Of a stretch of 64,000 bases of DNA, positions 1 to 11,800 are shown piece by piece. Numbering within the stretch: position 1 is the stretch's first letter; each line of letters opens with the position of its first letter. Source of the stretch: Lytechinus pictus (Eukaryota); the NCBI RefSeq assembly GCF_037042905.1, contig NC_087255.1, forward strand, positions 22,630,001 to 22,694,000. The letters are read 5' to 3'. Under the pieces are notes generated by a model. That model was not told where the DNA came from. It did no database searches and saw nothing but the letters and a program-made list of their open reading frames with translations. A program made the translations under genes and the position numbers.

Positions 1-1559
1 AACACCAGGTTGTAGAGACTTTATGTGATAATCCCAATGGTACTGGTCAAGGGTCGACTGTAGAATGGGTTATTGAAAAGGAGTCACATACCCCAATCAT
101 TAGTGGAGAATCTGAAATAGACTGTAGAGACCGAGAAACATCAGTGCTGCCTGTGCCAGAGGTAGAACTTGAAGAGGAGGACAGTACGTTGACCATACCC
201 CTTGGCCTACCTCAGAGGGCAGGTGACCAGGGATCGGGTGATGGAAGGGGAGGAAGAAATAAAGACACCATGTCTAACCTTACTCAAATGGAAAAGAAAA
301 GTGAGGAAACCGTCTCGATGACTGTTGGCAATCAAGGTGGAAGGGGTGAACAATGTGAAGCAAATGAACAAGAAAAAGGCGGTGATTCCGAGAAAGTCAG
401 CGGCTCCCAGGAAGCAGAAACAAAGACAGGCAGCAAAAAGTCAAGAAAATCTGGGAAACTAGTTTGCAGCATTTGTCACTTGGAATTTCCCTCTATTCAT
501 TTTCAACGGAAGCACATCTTTGAAAGCCATAAGGAATGTAGATATTTTTATCAGAAGTGCAGTACCTGTGGTAAAATTTTCACAAATAAAAGCCAATATA
601 AATCCCATGTAATAACCCATGCAGACATTGAAGAAAGGAAGAAGAACCAATGCACAAAGAAAGTTCAATGCAAATGGTGTGATAAAACCTTTGATACTGC
701 AGGTGGCCTTTCAAGACATGTCAATTCTAAGCACACGAAAAAGAGGACATTCCCTTGCGAATTGTGTGGGAAAGTTTTCTATGTTGCTGAGAAGATGAGG
801 ATGCATGTACTATGTCATGATAAAGAAGATAGAGAATTTAAATGTGAAGAATGCGGAAAAGGCTTTGTCGCTTTGTATCTTCTGAAAAACCACAAAGCAA
901 CGGTCCATTCCAATGATCACCAAAGTCTATGTGATCTCTGTGGAGCATCTTTTAAGTATAAGGGAAGCCTTCAACAGCATTATAATACCGTCCACTCCAA
1001 TGTCTACAACTTCGGTTGTGAGGTTTGCGGAAAGAAATTCCAGCGTGCGACACTCCTGAATGCCCATATGAAAATTCATTCCAGTGATGCATCTGCCAAG
1101 CCGTTTAAATGTGAACAGTGCGACAAGTGTTTTCGAAATCGATATAAATTGAAAGTGCATTCGAATTGGCATAATAACATCAGGTCACACACTTGTGAAG
1201 TGTGTGGCAAGTCGTTTCTAACAAATGGTAACTTGACCAAACACATGTATACCCATCAGGACAAGAAACCACATGAATGTCGGATTTGTAACCGAGGATT
1301 TTCTGACATGCCGGCGCTCAGGAGACATCTGGATGTAGTACATAAGATCACCCTGAAGAGAGTCCTATCACGGATGAATCCGAAAGTCACCAAGTCGGCA
1401 GAGACGGCAGCGGTTGATGTCCCTAGTGCAAGGTCACCACCAGCAAAGTCGGGGACTGCTGCATATGAAGGGGAGAGTGCAGAGTTTGGGAACATTGAAG
1501 ATTCTGCTGCCATTGATGGAGAAGTTGGGGAAGCACTTCTAGAAATGATGAATGCTTAG
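1..1559 (+). CDS. C2H2 zinc-finger protein, terminal coding exon (5' partial)
   Basis: Frame is open from position 3 to TAG 1557-1559, so the GTG at 144 is not the real start. An acidic low-complexity region precedes 10 tandem CxxC-x12-HxxxH/HxxxxH fingers (e.g. CEVCGKSFLTNGNLTKHMYTH). AATAAA at 1612. Confidence 0.93.
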   Translation, partial: HQVVETLCDNPNGTGQGSTVEWVIEKESHTPIISGESEIDCRDRETSVLPVPEVELEEEDSTLTIPLGLPQRAGDQGSGDGRGGRNKDTMSNLTQMEKKSEETVSMTVGNQGGRGEQCEANEQEKGGDSEKVSGSQEAETKTGSKKSRKSGKLVCSICHLEFPSIHFQRKHIFESHKECRYFYQKCSTCGKIFTNKSQYKSHVITHADIEERKKNQCTKKVQCKWCDKTFDTAGGLSRHVNSKHTKKRTFPCELCGKVFYVAEKMRMHVLCHDKEDREFKCEECGKGFVALYLLKNHKATVHSNDHQSLCDLCGASFKYKGSLQQHYNTVHSNVYNFGCEVCGKKFQRATLLNAHMKIHSSDASAKPFKCEQCDKCFRNRYKLKVHSNWHNNIRSHTCEVCGKSFLTNGNLTKHMYTHQDKKPHECRICNRGFSDMPALRRHLDVVHKITLKRVLSRMNPKVTKSAETAAVDVPSARSPPAKSGTAAYEGESAEFGNIEDSAAIDGEVGEALLEMMNA

Positions 1560-1689
1560 TCATTCATAGTTTGGCTATGCAGTCGATACCAAGATCTGTT
1601 AGTACGTTGCAAATAAAAAAATGATGAAAATCCATATTTTATTGTTCAAAATAGACATGAAATGAAATACTCTGAAAATTTGCTTTGCC

Positions 1690-1882
1690 CAATTGATTGT
1701 GGGCCCGGCAGCCGCTGTGCAGCGCCAGATCGACGAGGCTCTATCACTTTAATCGTTGAACGCCAAACAGGGTAGCAGCAACTCCCATCTTTTAACGTAT
1801 TTTGATCTGACGCAGCCGGGGTTTGAACCCCGACCTCCTGGTTATGAGACGGAGGCTCTACCAACTGAGCCAACACACCAGT
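1690..1882 (-). mobile_element. tRNA-derived SINE (tRNA-Met-like head)
   Basis: Minus strand has Pol III A box TGGCTCAGTTGG, B box GGTTCAAACC, intact D and T arms and a CTCATAA loop. There is no acceptor stem, and a non-tRNA body follows. Confidence 0.8.
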
Positions 1883-2439
1883 CGTGAATGACTACACACA
1901 ACTGGTGCTCCTCGGCCTTTCTTATGCTGAAAGCTAGATCCCTATGTAGCTGAATTAGCAGCTAAGAACATGTTCCAGTGGTGCATCTAGTTGTTATATT
2001 ATATGCCTGAAATTGCATATTATTATATGATTTTTAATGAATTTCTGTATTTCAAATGTAAAGATGCTTGTTATCGCATTTCTTCATTGGATTTATATTA
2101 AAATAAAGGTAGAACATTGATTTCATAGTAAGTCTTTAAAACCAAGGTTTAATGGGCTTGTGATGATAGTTTGTGTTTGCAGAGCTGGGTGGAGTTGGGG
2201 TGGCCACACCCTTTTGAGACATCGACGAGGGGGGTGGGGACTTTTCATAAAAGGCTGTGCTGAGTAGCTACTTAAACTTCATTAATTTAGCAAAATTATT
2301 GTAAATCAACAAAAAATGCAAGCTCTCCTTTTTTTATTGTATTGATATTGAATTGTTTTTATTATTTGAGTTATATATTTTGTAAAAACGACTGGTTCAA
2401 TTTAAAAAACCTACTCAACACATGGTGGATTTATCGCGA

Positions 2440-2488
2440 AAAGGGGCTGAATCAGCCGCCCCCCCCCCCCCCGACTTATTAGGGTTAA
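2440..2488. mobile_element. Solo piggyBac-like transposon end
   Basis: Ends ...GACTTATTAGGG|TTAA, i.e. a TTAA-CCC terminus on the minus strand. No partner end was found. Confidence 0.35.
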
Positions 2489-3192
2489 ATCTTGGTGAAA
2501 AAACCCCAGATTGTAAACCATTTACATTAACCTCAAGTCTTGTCAAATGATACTAGTTGATCTTTTCAGAACAGCTAAAAATATACAGGGAGCATGTACC
2601 TTTAAGAATGACCATGTACATCTCTATAAATATTGCCCATTCAGGTGTCACTATCAAAATTGATGTTTTGACAGACATGGGAATCTTGGGGTTTTTTGTG
2701 TACTAAAATTCTATGAAATGCTCTATCACCTCTCTCAAAAAAGAAATAACCTTACATATTTATTTTCAAGTAAAATCATATTTGTTTGTTATAAAGCTCT
2801 GTTGAAGAGTGTAGCACATAGCATATAAGAAGAGCAGCCAACAAATGATATCACATTAATCAAACAGAATATGTCTATTCTGCTATTGTTTGATAAGTTT
2901 TGTCATTATCTGAACATATTCTTGTATTATGATGTCCTAGTGGACTTCCATGAAATGGTTCTATTATACATGTAATTGTTGCTTATTTTTTGCATATTCC
3001 TGAGAATCTATTTCAGTAACTAAAATCAGTGAAAATTATTCCTTCTGATAGAGCACTGTATGAAAGAATGAGATGAGATGAAACAGTCGATTTGTTTTGG
3101 TCGTTTGTGAATTTTGTCTGAATTAATCTAGGCAGTCAATGCACATCATCTACCAAAAGTTGATCATAATTCTTCAACATCATGAAGGAAAT

Positions 3193-3737
3193 AATTTGGT
3201 GGATTCACAATACGGTGCGCCATCTGTTGCAGCAAACAGGCCAAATTTCTAACTTTGGGGTCGACATCACGCGCAGGCAGTGCACAGTGCTAGTGAACTG
3301 TAATGTTTCAAAAGTGAAAGCCATTTAACAAGAATTCACAAAAAAACTGTCTAAATTTTGCAAAGAAATATGCTGCAAATTTCTCTCCCACCTCCTGGAC
3401 CCTATTAAACAACATACCTGGTGGGTGTTTCATAAAGCTGTTCGTTAAATAAGAGCCACTTGAAGAACGACTGGTGATCTTTTCTTGTGGCAAATGATAT
3501 ATTCATTGGCGATGGTTAAGCACGCAAGAAAGGTTCACCGATCATTCTTAAAGTTGCTCTTAACTTACGAACAGCTTTATGAAATGGTCCCCGGTCGAGC
3601 CGCGTCGGCCAGCACTGAATATGTGCATGCACTAAAGTACTAGCGCGCGCAACAGATGTCGACATTTTCCTATGAGGCATTTCAGCCTGTCCGATGCAAC
3701 CTATAGATAGCGCACCATATTGTGAATCCACCGAATT
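3193..3737. mobile_element. Non-autonomous TIR element (MITE) with nested MITE
   Basis: The left end AATTTGGTGGATTCACAATACGGTGCGC is inverted at the right end as GCGCACCATATTGTGAATCCACCGAATT. Confidence 0.75.
3418..3594. mobile_element. Nested palindromic MITE (CWG-flanked type)
   Basis: TTTCATAAAGCTGTTCGT ... ACGAACAGCTTTATGAAA inverted arms, lying inside the 3193-3737 element. Confidence 0.75.
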
Positions 3738-4728
3738 GAGCAATAAAATTATCAAAAAAGTAAAGCATTTAATCTACAAAAAAATAGCTGCATGTGAGGT
3801 ATCGGCAACTTGGTATATGATATGAGTTTGCGTAGTGCATGATTACAGTATTGCATTATTTTGTCTCAGGTCCTACTAAAATGTAATTTTTAGAAAGGAG
3901 GAAATTACACTGACCCATACTCATATGTGCTATTGAATAAATTAAATCCATGAAAAAGTTAGCACCTTTTTTTAGGAAAACTGGCGTATACAAACATGCA
4001 CTAACAAAAAACCATAAACACAGGTAGAAAGGATAAAACATTTCCAAACTAATGGAGTTAAAACTAAACTGAATCCCACTCAAAAAGGGACACTTATTAT
4101 TTTATACAATAGCTCTATTTTTGTTTCCGTTTATATGCATTGATGATTTATAATTTGAGATCCATTATTTAATGTATGTCGAATTGCCAACAGGAAAACA
4201 GGTACGTAGGTCTACCTTTGTCAATTCATTGTGGACCACAATGTTTTGCCTAATGTGAAATACGACTCCAAAAGAGATAAATAACACATGTATGCATTCA
4301 CAATTTGGTTTGAAAATCACTTCAACTTTATAGGACAGGTAGAATTATACACAACTGTGTTTATATTCATTGTTAACATTTTCTACTCATTCAAGAACTG
4401 GAGTAGATGAAAAATGATTGAGTGTACTGAAATGATGGTATTTTGGAGTTAAATGGAGATATTACAATCAATCTGTTCGATCCTATCAGGATTAAATATG
4501 AATATTAGCCATGGCAAAACCACAGAAAGTGATTACATGTATCTGTAGGAGGACATTTGTTTTGTCTGTTAATTGTCAGTTTTGACTTTGTAGTATTTCT
4601 TGAAAGAGTATACGTTTTTCTATGGACTATAAAATTATGATAATGTACCAAACAAACCTAAATGGATGTTTTGATACTTTTAATTAGACCCATAATTTGC
4701 ATTTTTGTATTTTTTTTTTTGGGGGGGG

Positions 4729-5525
4729 GTCTCGCCTGCTCATAGGCGCCGCTTTTCCGACGGTGGCGGCATCGTCAAATCTTAATCATAACTTAGGATG
4801 TATATAGGCCTAGTTCATGAAACTTGGACATAATGGTTATCAAGTATTACTGAACATCCTGCCAGAGTTTAAGGTCACATGACCAAGGTCAAAGGTCATT
4901 TAGGGTCAATGAACTTTGGGCAAGTTAAAGGGTATTTGTTGAATTTCCATTGTAACTTTAAATTTTTATGGAGCTAGTTCATGAAACTTAGACATAAGAG
5001 TAATTTAGTATCACTGAACATCCTCTGTGCGTGTCAGGTCACATGACCAAGGTCAAAGGTCATTTAGGGCTAATGAACTTAGATTATGTGGGGGGAATCA
5101 AAATGAAATCTCAAGTTTTTTAAATGTCATAACTGGAAGTATATAGATCTAGTTCATGAAACTTGGACATAAGAGTAGTCAAGCATCAGTGAACATCCTG
5201 CGTGAGTTTCAGGTCACACGACATAGGTCAATGAACTTTGGCCGTGTTGTGGGTATTTGTTGAATTGCCATAACTTTGAAAGTTTTTGGATCTAGTTCTT
5301 GAAATGTAGACAAATGGGTATTCAAGTATCACTGATTGTCTTGCACAAGTCTTCAGTCACACGATCAAGGTCAAATGTCATTTAGGGTCAATGGACATAG
5401 TATTTTATCATCATATGAATGGTGTTTTTTGTAAATAATTATTCTAGTCGTTTTCAAAGTCAGCACTGCTGCTATATTGAATCACGTAATGCAGGCGAGA
5501 CTGCCAGAGGCGGCACTCTACTTGT
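4729..5525 (+). mobile_element. Helentron-associated non-autonomous element (HINE/DINE-1/Tsp-like), copy 1, ~4 internal repeats
   Basis: Subterminal IR GTCTCGCCTGC...GCAGGCGAGAC, 3' mini-hairpin GCCAGAGGC, and ~160-bp internal repeats (CTAGTTCATGAAACTT...GGTCAAAGGTCA). Confidence 0.8.
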
Positions 5526-5744
5526 TTACTCTTTGCAATCTGTTCTTCTCCCTGAAAAAAAAGTGTTCCCCTTGTTTTGAACTCCAATAAATTAAAAACT
5601 GGATAAGATCTTAAATATTTCTTGGTAACCAAGAACATGATGTGCCTAATTAGTGTGACAAATTTGGAGCTAATTTGATGACCCCTCTGTGATAATTTGA
5701 ATGAATCCTCTTTTTTGTCACCTTGCACAACAGTGCGAGGTTAA

Positions 5745-6330
5745 AGGGATGGTCCGGGCTGAAAATATTTATATCTCAATACATAGAGTAGAATTCACTG
5801 AGCAAAATGCCGAAAATTTCATCAAAATCGGATAACAAATAATACAGTTATTGAAGTTCAAAGTTTAGCAATATTTTATGAAAACAGTCGTCATGAATAT
5901 TCATTAGGTGGGCTGATGATGTCACATCTCCACTTTCCGTTTTCTTATGTTATTACATAAAATCATAATTTTTTCAATATTTCATACCTGTGTGAATAAT
6001 ATATCTCCCTTATAATGATTTAAGTTGCAGCAATAAATATCTAATGCACTAAATCAGTTGTCAATCCAATTTTTCTAGTTCTTGGAGGAAAAAGTTTGAA
6101 TAAACCTAATTTCATATAATAAAATACAAAAGAACAAATGGAGATGTGACATCATCAGCCCACCTAATGAATATTCATGACGACTGTTTTCACAAAATAT
6201 TGCTAAACTTTAAATTCAATAACTTTGTTGTTTGTTATCCGATTTTTATGAAATTTTCGGCATTTATTTTTGCTTAGTGAATTCTACTCTATTTATTAAG
6301 CTATACATACTTTCAGCCTGGACCATCCCT
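5745..6330. mobile_element. Kolobok-like MITE (TTAA TSD)
   Basis: TTAA|AGGGATGGTCC...GGACCATCCCT|TTAA with ~190-bp inverted arms. Same family as 56361-56973. Confidence 0.85.
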
Positions 6331-6500
6331 TTAAGTGCGCTTCAATAGACTTGTCAACTTTTAATCCCTCTTTTCTCAAAAGTTACATTCTATGGTGGTG
6401 AATGTTCTTATCTTTATTGTGACAATGCCTTGAATTTTCAACTGGATCTTTGTCCTGTGGTGATGATCAAGTTGTGATGGATGCATGAAAATGACGGGGC

Positions 6501-6600
6501 GGGTCCACAAGGCCGATGGTTCATGAGGCCGACGGTCCACGAGGCCGATTAGTTTTCCCACGAGGCCGAGGGTCCACAAGACCGAGGGTCTGCGAGGCCA
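6501..6600. repeat. ~16-bp minisatellite (GGTCCACRAGGCCGA)n
   Basis: About six degenerate GC-rich units in AT-rich surroundings. Confidence 0.7.
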
Positions 6601-7331
6601 ATTTTTCTCATCTTGTATTTTCTTTCATTGTAGGATGTTTGTCTATATCAGTGAAAAAGTTTCCACTTAGCATATTTTCCAATGAAAACTGAAATATAGG
6701 CCTAATCTTATAAGTTGTGGATGATAACGGACATTAATTTGGTGAAGCTTTGGTAAATCGAGACATGATTTATTCTCTAGTATCATCTCACTTTCTGATC
6801 ATTAAAAAATGTGGCTGTTGAATCAATTTTCAGCCATTTTTTCTTTGCAAAACTTTAGTTTGGAAGATTTACTTGTTATTATTTCTCTGTTATGGTTTAT
6901 ATATTTTTTTTTCTTGGAATGTAGAGTTTATTCCATTTCACAACAGCAAGATATAGACAAACATAAGTTGACAAAGTGAAATATACCAATGACCTTTCAA
7001 CTGCCAAAATCTGGATTTAAATTATAATTTCAAGATATGAATGTAATTTTTTTGATATTAGAAAGAAATCTAAAATATTTAAATACAAGCCGAATGTCTC
7101 GATCTGGATTTGTCATTAAAAACTAATGAATTTTTACTTATACATTATAGTTTGCCCGCAACTTATTCACTACAATATTGCCTGTTATAGCCATGACTTA
7201 GTTGACATTGATGAAGCGAAGACAAATATCCTGATAAAAAAAAAATCCCAATGATTTGAGAAAAAGCAGCCTCAATCGTGGACCCTTGGTTTTGTGAATC
7301 CCTGGCTTTGTTAGAAGACACTGAAATTACT

Positions 7332-7480
7332 ATGATGATGATGGCGATGATGATATGGTGGTGGTAATTGTGATGATGATGCATGATTGAATATGCATGA
7401 TGATAGATTGTGATGATGACGACGAAGGCGGTGGTGCATGGTGATGATGTTGATGACGGTACTAGTGGTCGTGGTGGAAC
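7332..7480. repeat. Degenerate (GAT/GGT)n microsatellite
   Basis: Directly visible trinucleotide run. Confidence 0.8.
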
Positions 7481-7840
7481 TGGTTATCGCGGGAAAGTCT
7501 GTACTGGCGCTCGACTGGGGGGGGGGGCCAATAGTATTTTGAGACCCCAATTTTAAATCAGCCTAAATTTCTGTTCCAGCATCACCAATTTAGATATAGC
7601 CAGAGAAAGTCCTATTTTCCCCCATTCCGGAGACCCTAAAATTTGTGTTTCTTATTCCAGTGCGCTATCTAAAGTTATAGCCGGCCTACCATGCCTATAA
7701 ACGTTACCATGTACGGTATGAGTATTCTTTAGTATGTGGTGGGGACATGGAAGTCTTAATTGTCCATGTTTAGCCTCCAAGAGCCGTTCTGGAGATCCCC
7801 ATTTTAAGAGTAAGTTTGAGTTCCAGAGCCTCCTATTTAA

Positions 7841-8259
7841 TGGCCACCGCACATCTTACGACTGTTCGCAATCCGATTTTGGAACAAATCGCATTTTGCT
7901 CATTTTCTGAAAATGTGAACGGAACATATTTCATTTTAGGTTAATAATTGAAAGAATACTAGTATAACCATTTTGAAAGATTGCAAGCCTTTATTTGGAG
8001 TAAAAGCCAAATTAGTTTCAAATCGTAGCCAATTGTACGACTGCTATGACGTCATTACGACTAGATATTAAATTTGCTTTTATTCTAATAAGTATGATAC
8101 CCGGGATGATAGCATAGTCACAGATTTGAACATAGGTATTTGTACGATGATTTCGAACATAACACAGTAAGATTTCAAGTCTCAATATTAGCATAAAATT
8201 CTACTACATCTTATTCCAAAAGTGAGTCGCAGACCAATCGTAAGGTATCCGGTCGCCTT
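7841..8259. mobile_element. MITE with imperfect TIRs
   Basis: GGCCACCGCACATCTTACGACT...TTTTGGAA at the left versus TTCCAAAA...AATCGTAAGGTATCCGGTCGCC at the right. Confidence 0.6.
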
Positions 8260-8284
8260 TAGACTTTGGTTTGGCACATAGCCC

Positions 8285-8679
8285 CAGTGTTTCCACTCTT
8301 CACGAAATTTTGACTTTTTCCAGGAAAGGTTCGGGAAATGAAAAGAAATCAGGAAATTCCGGGAATCCGAAAATTACAATTACACAACAATTAAATGTAG
8401 CAACTTTTAATATTCATGTTAATTCTAAATAATTGTTAACCTCGACACGTAGCTAAAAAATTTCCGCTCGCATGTAATTTTGTTCCTATTTTCAAAGAGG
8501 GCGTGGACAAAAATGTACTATATTCCTTGACTTGGGTCACATGGACCAAATTTAGGCTCGCTGTATTATTGCCCTATATTGAAAAAAATCATACTTGAAA
8601 ATTCCAGGAAATGTCTTTGAATTTCGGGAAATTTTGGATTCAGTTTCAGGAAATTTATTTTGGATCTGTGAAAACACTG
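8285..8679. mobile_element. hAT-type MITE
   Basis: TIR CAGTGTTT(C/T)CAC and a perfect 8-bp TSD CATAGCCC (8277-8284 and 8680-8687). Subterminal GGAAA repeats. Confidence 0.88.
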
Positions 8680-8784
8680 CATAGCCCCATATGCACCGCG
8701 GGCACGGCGCCGCCCTAGCCTAGAGCCAAATCCGTTCATCGTTTCTTTTTTCCGTGTGATGTCCCACCGACCGATGCTGTCAGC

Positions 8785-8840
8785 ATGTCGGGGAAGAAGT
8801 TCATGGGAAATGATGGCGATTGGGTATGCAACAACGGAAA
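8785..8840 (+). CDS. ZRANB2: ZRANB2 exon 1 (MSGKKFMGNDGDWVCNNGK)
   Basis: ATG at 8785, donor GTAAGT at 8841. Confidence 0.92.
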
Positions 8841-11800
8841 GTAAGTGATTTAGTCGTAAAGAATTGACTGGGTGATAATCAGGATAATTATTTGGATTAT
8901 TGTTGGTGAAGTGAAAATGAGAACGATTAGTGCTTGGTAATGCTGCGTTTTTTGGTAGAGTGTGATTTGTATTGCATTGCCCCACTAATTGAAATCTATG
9001 TGTGGGCGCGGCGTTTGGAAAGAATGAGAAGGGATAAAGAGAAGGGAGGGAGGCGCTACGACGTCTTCTTCAAGCTACACTGACTGCCTCCTTCAGTCCT
9101 GAAGATTCTTGCAGTAGTACCGGGGACCGGCAGGTGCAATACACCGGGTGAACACCCTACTCTGACAAATTGGTTTTAACGTGACGTGCATAGGTTGTGA
9201 ATGGCTATACAGTTTTACACATGATACACCGGACCAACATTTGCGTCCTTTCCGATGGACGGAGTGTTTTCCAACTGCATTCACACCCGCACTGAACACA
9301 GCTCGGTGAGGCATGCTAACACACAATGCTAGCATAAGTTTTTTTTGTTAGACGTCTTCTGCCTTTTTCTGGCATGCTGCGGGACTCGAACCCACGCACG
9401 TTGATAATATCAGTCAGTAGTCGGCGCTGGTCTGAAAATTATAATTATATTAGGATTGTCCCAGAAAATGGATATCATAAACCAAGACAAATTGTGTCTT
9501 GATAAATTGAGATTGTCCTTGTTTATGGGGCCTGGGGGCAGGTTTTTTCACGTAGACATAGCCATAGGGTCTACCTCAATCAAGTCAAGTGATGTTCGTG
9601 CATGCTCCATCTCTACAGTCAGAGTACAGGTACGCTCCACCTAAGGCCCAAACATCAAGGTCCAAAACTCACTCTGATTCTTCAAGTGCATCCTCCGGTT
9701 AGCCTCAATGTGCTAAAAATTGGTGATTTAGAGCCAACACCGAGTTACACACGTATAATTCACTGCCGATTTCAAAACATCGCATGTGCGAGTGTCCGGT
9801 TTTGCTCTGCTGAGACTTTGTCTGATCCCCTCCGTCAATAGACCAAAGTCTCCCATAGTCATAGAACTCGTAGTTGATGATGCTTTGCATGGCGCTGAAC
9901 TATAGCGTCTATGGAGAAAATAGTGCACTACCGCACCCTCTTCGGCTGTTCAGTTACTCTTTTATTCCCCCTTTTGACGGAGAAAACAAAGCGTGTCACT
10001 GTGACTGAAAAAATTAAAACAATTGGCTTACCAGTTTCTTATAATATATGATTAAAGATCCAAAAATTGAATTCCAAAGAGTTGATGTCCAGTTCCAACG
10101 ATCAATTGTCCTTTTTCTTTTGCAGCTTGAGCATATAATGCGCCAGCCAATCATGTTTGTGTTACTTCTACAATGATACTCGGCAGGATCCATAAGTCAG
10201 GATGTAGTGCTAAGGAAATATCTTGGGTGCTCATCTGCAGTGCATACATGTTACCAATAACTGAAGTCTAAAGTGAATAAACCGGAATTCTCAACATCTA
10301 TTTTTTAGGGGGGGTTGAGGTGCATATGGAACTCTTTCTGCAAACTTATTTGAATAAAGAAGACAGAAGCTCAATTTTGGTACATTCAAAGAATTTAATC
10401 ACTGATAATAAAAATAATAGTAAGAGAGAGATGGAGAGTGAGTCCACTATGATACATGTATGAATTTGAGATGAAGCACCCTCTTTGGCGACATACAGTG
10501 CGTGGTATGACAATCTCCTTTGCAGAAGCCATTGTACAGAATGGTAATTTTGGAACAAAATGGAGAGGTCTGTGACATGCCAATCCTGCTTCTGATGAAT
10601 TTCTTTGTTTAGAAATCAATTCTGTTGTATACTTGATGGATATTGGAAACTATATTTATTGTATTTTGTTCTTATTTCTAACATCCAATTATCAGAATAC
10701 TGGATTCTGACCAGCACCACCCTGGCGGATATTCTAGAACAAAACAATTTCGACATGACTTTGGTCTAACCTTAAAATATTTATTAACCATTGTCCACTT
10801 GAATTTTGAAAACGGGGATTTTGCTCTTTTGTATGTAGTATCGTAATATAATGAATTGTGGTTTTATATTTTGTAGGTGTAGCAATGTGAACTTTGCAAG
10901 AAGAACTCACTGCAACAGATGTGGGGCGGGTAAGTTTATTTTTATTAACCTATTGACTACTTGATTGCATTTTTATAGACTTCATGCATGAACCACACTG
11001 TTCCAGTGGGCATTGCGTTAAAAACCTTCAAAAAGTAATCTTCCAGACAAAATCATTAGAAAAGTTAATTAACCTCAGGTTCATAAACTATTATGAATAC
11101 AATTTATAGAGTTCAGATTTTGTGTAAGCGTTGATCAATGTCTATTTACTATGTTAACATTTTATGGCCATCAAACAAGATGAACTGTGACATTATTTTT
11201 ACCTTAAGAATAGTGCACCCCCCCCCCCCCACACACACACATTGCACCTCTCCCCTTTTGGATTTCATGATGAAAGTAATACCCTTTTGTAATGAAGATG
11301 CTTATTTTGTTTTCTTGTCAGATTTTGCTTTGCAACAAAACTTTTTCAAAAGAACCCCGTTTGTTTTGCTTGTCAACAAATTTTTGCCAAACTCATTGAA
11401 CTTTTTCAAGTATCCAAAGGTGTAATAAATTTATCCCTTTGAATTGCTTCAACTCTTCAATTTTCACTTGCCTCAGATATTTTTGCGCCTTTTTGAAAAG
11501 TTGCCTTGCCCTAAAATTACAAGTCCAACCTAACAAAAAGTTGATTTGAATGAAAGAATGAAAATCAAACACCCACTCACTTTTTCTTTTGTTTTTCATT
11601 ATATGACATATAAAATATTTCAATTTTCTCCTCATTGTCATGTAAAACAAAGTTTTATTCCTCCCTGAACATGTGGAATTACCATTGTTTAACATTTTGG
11701 GGTTCAATATAATGGGTCTTTATTGTCAAATCTGTAAAAAAAAAATGAAATATTGTATCATTCAAACGATAAAAACAAGAAATTGAGGGACATCATTGAC

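Noticed and set aside
1810-1882. tRNA-Met gene on the minus strand
   Set aside because: D and T arms fold, but the acceptor stem does not pair and a SINE body follows directly.
9640-10130. Possible additional element in ZRANB2 intron 1 (internal hairpin GAGACTTTGTCT...AGACCAAAGTCTC)
   Set aside because: No termini, TSD or second copy could be established.
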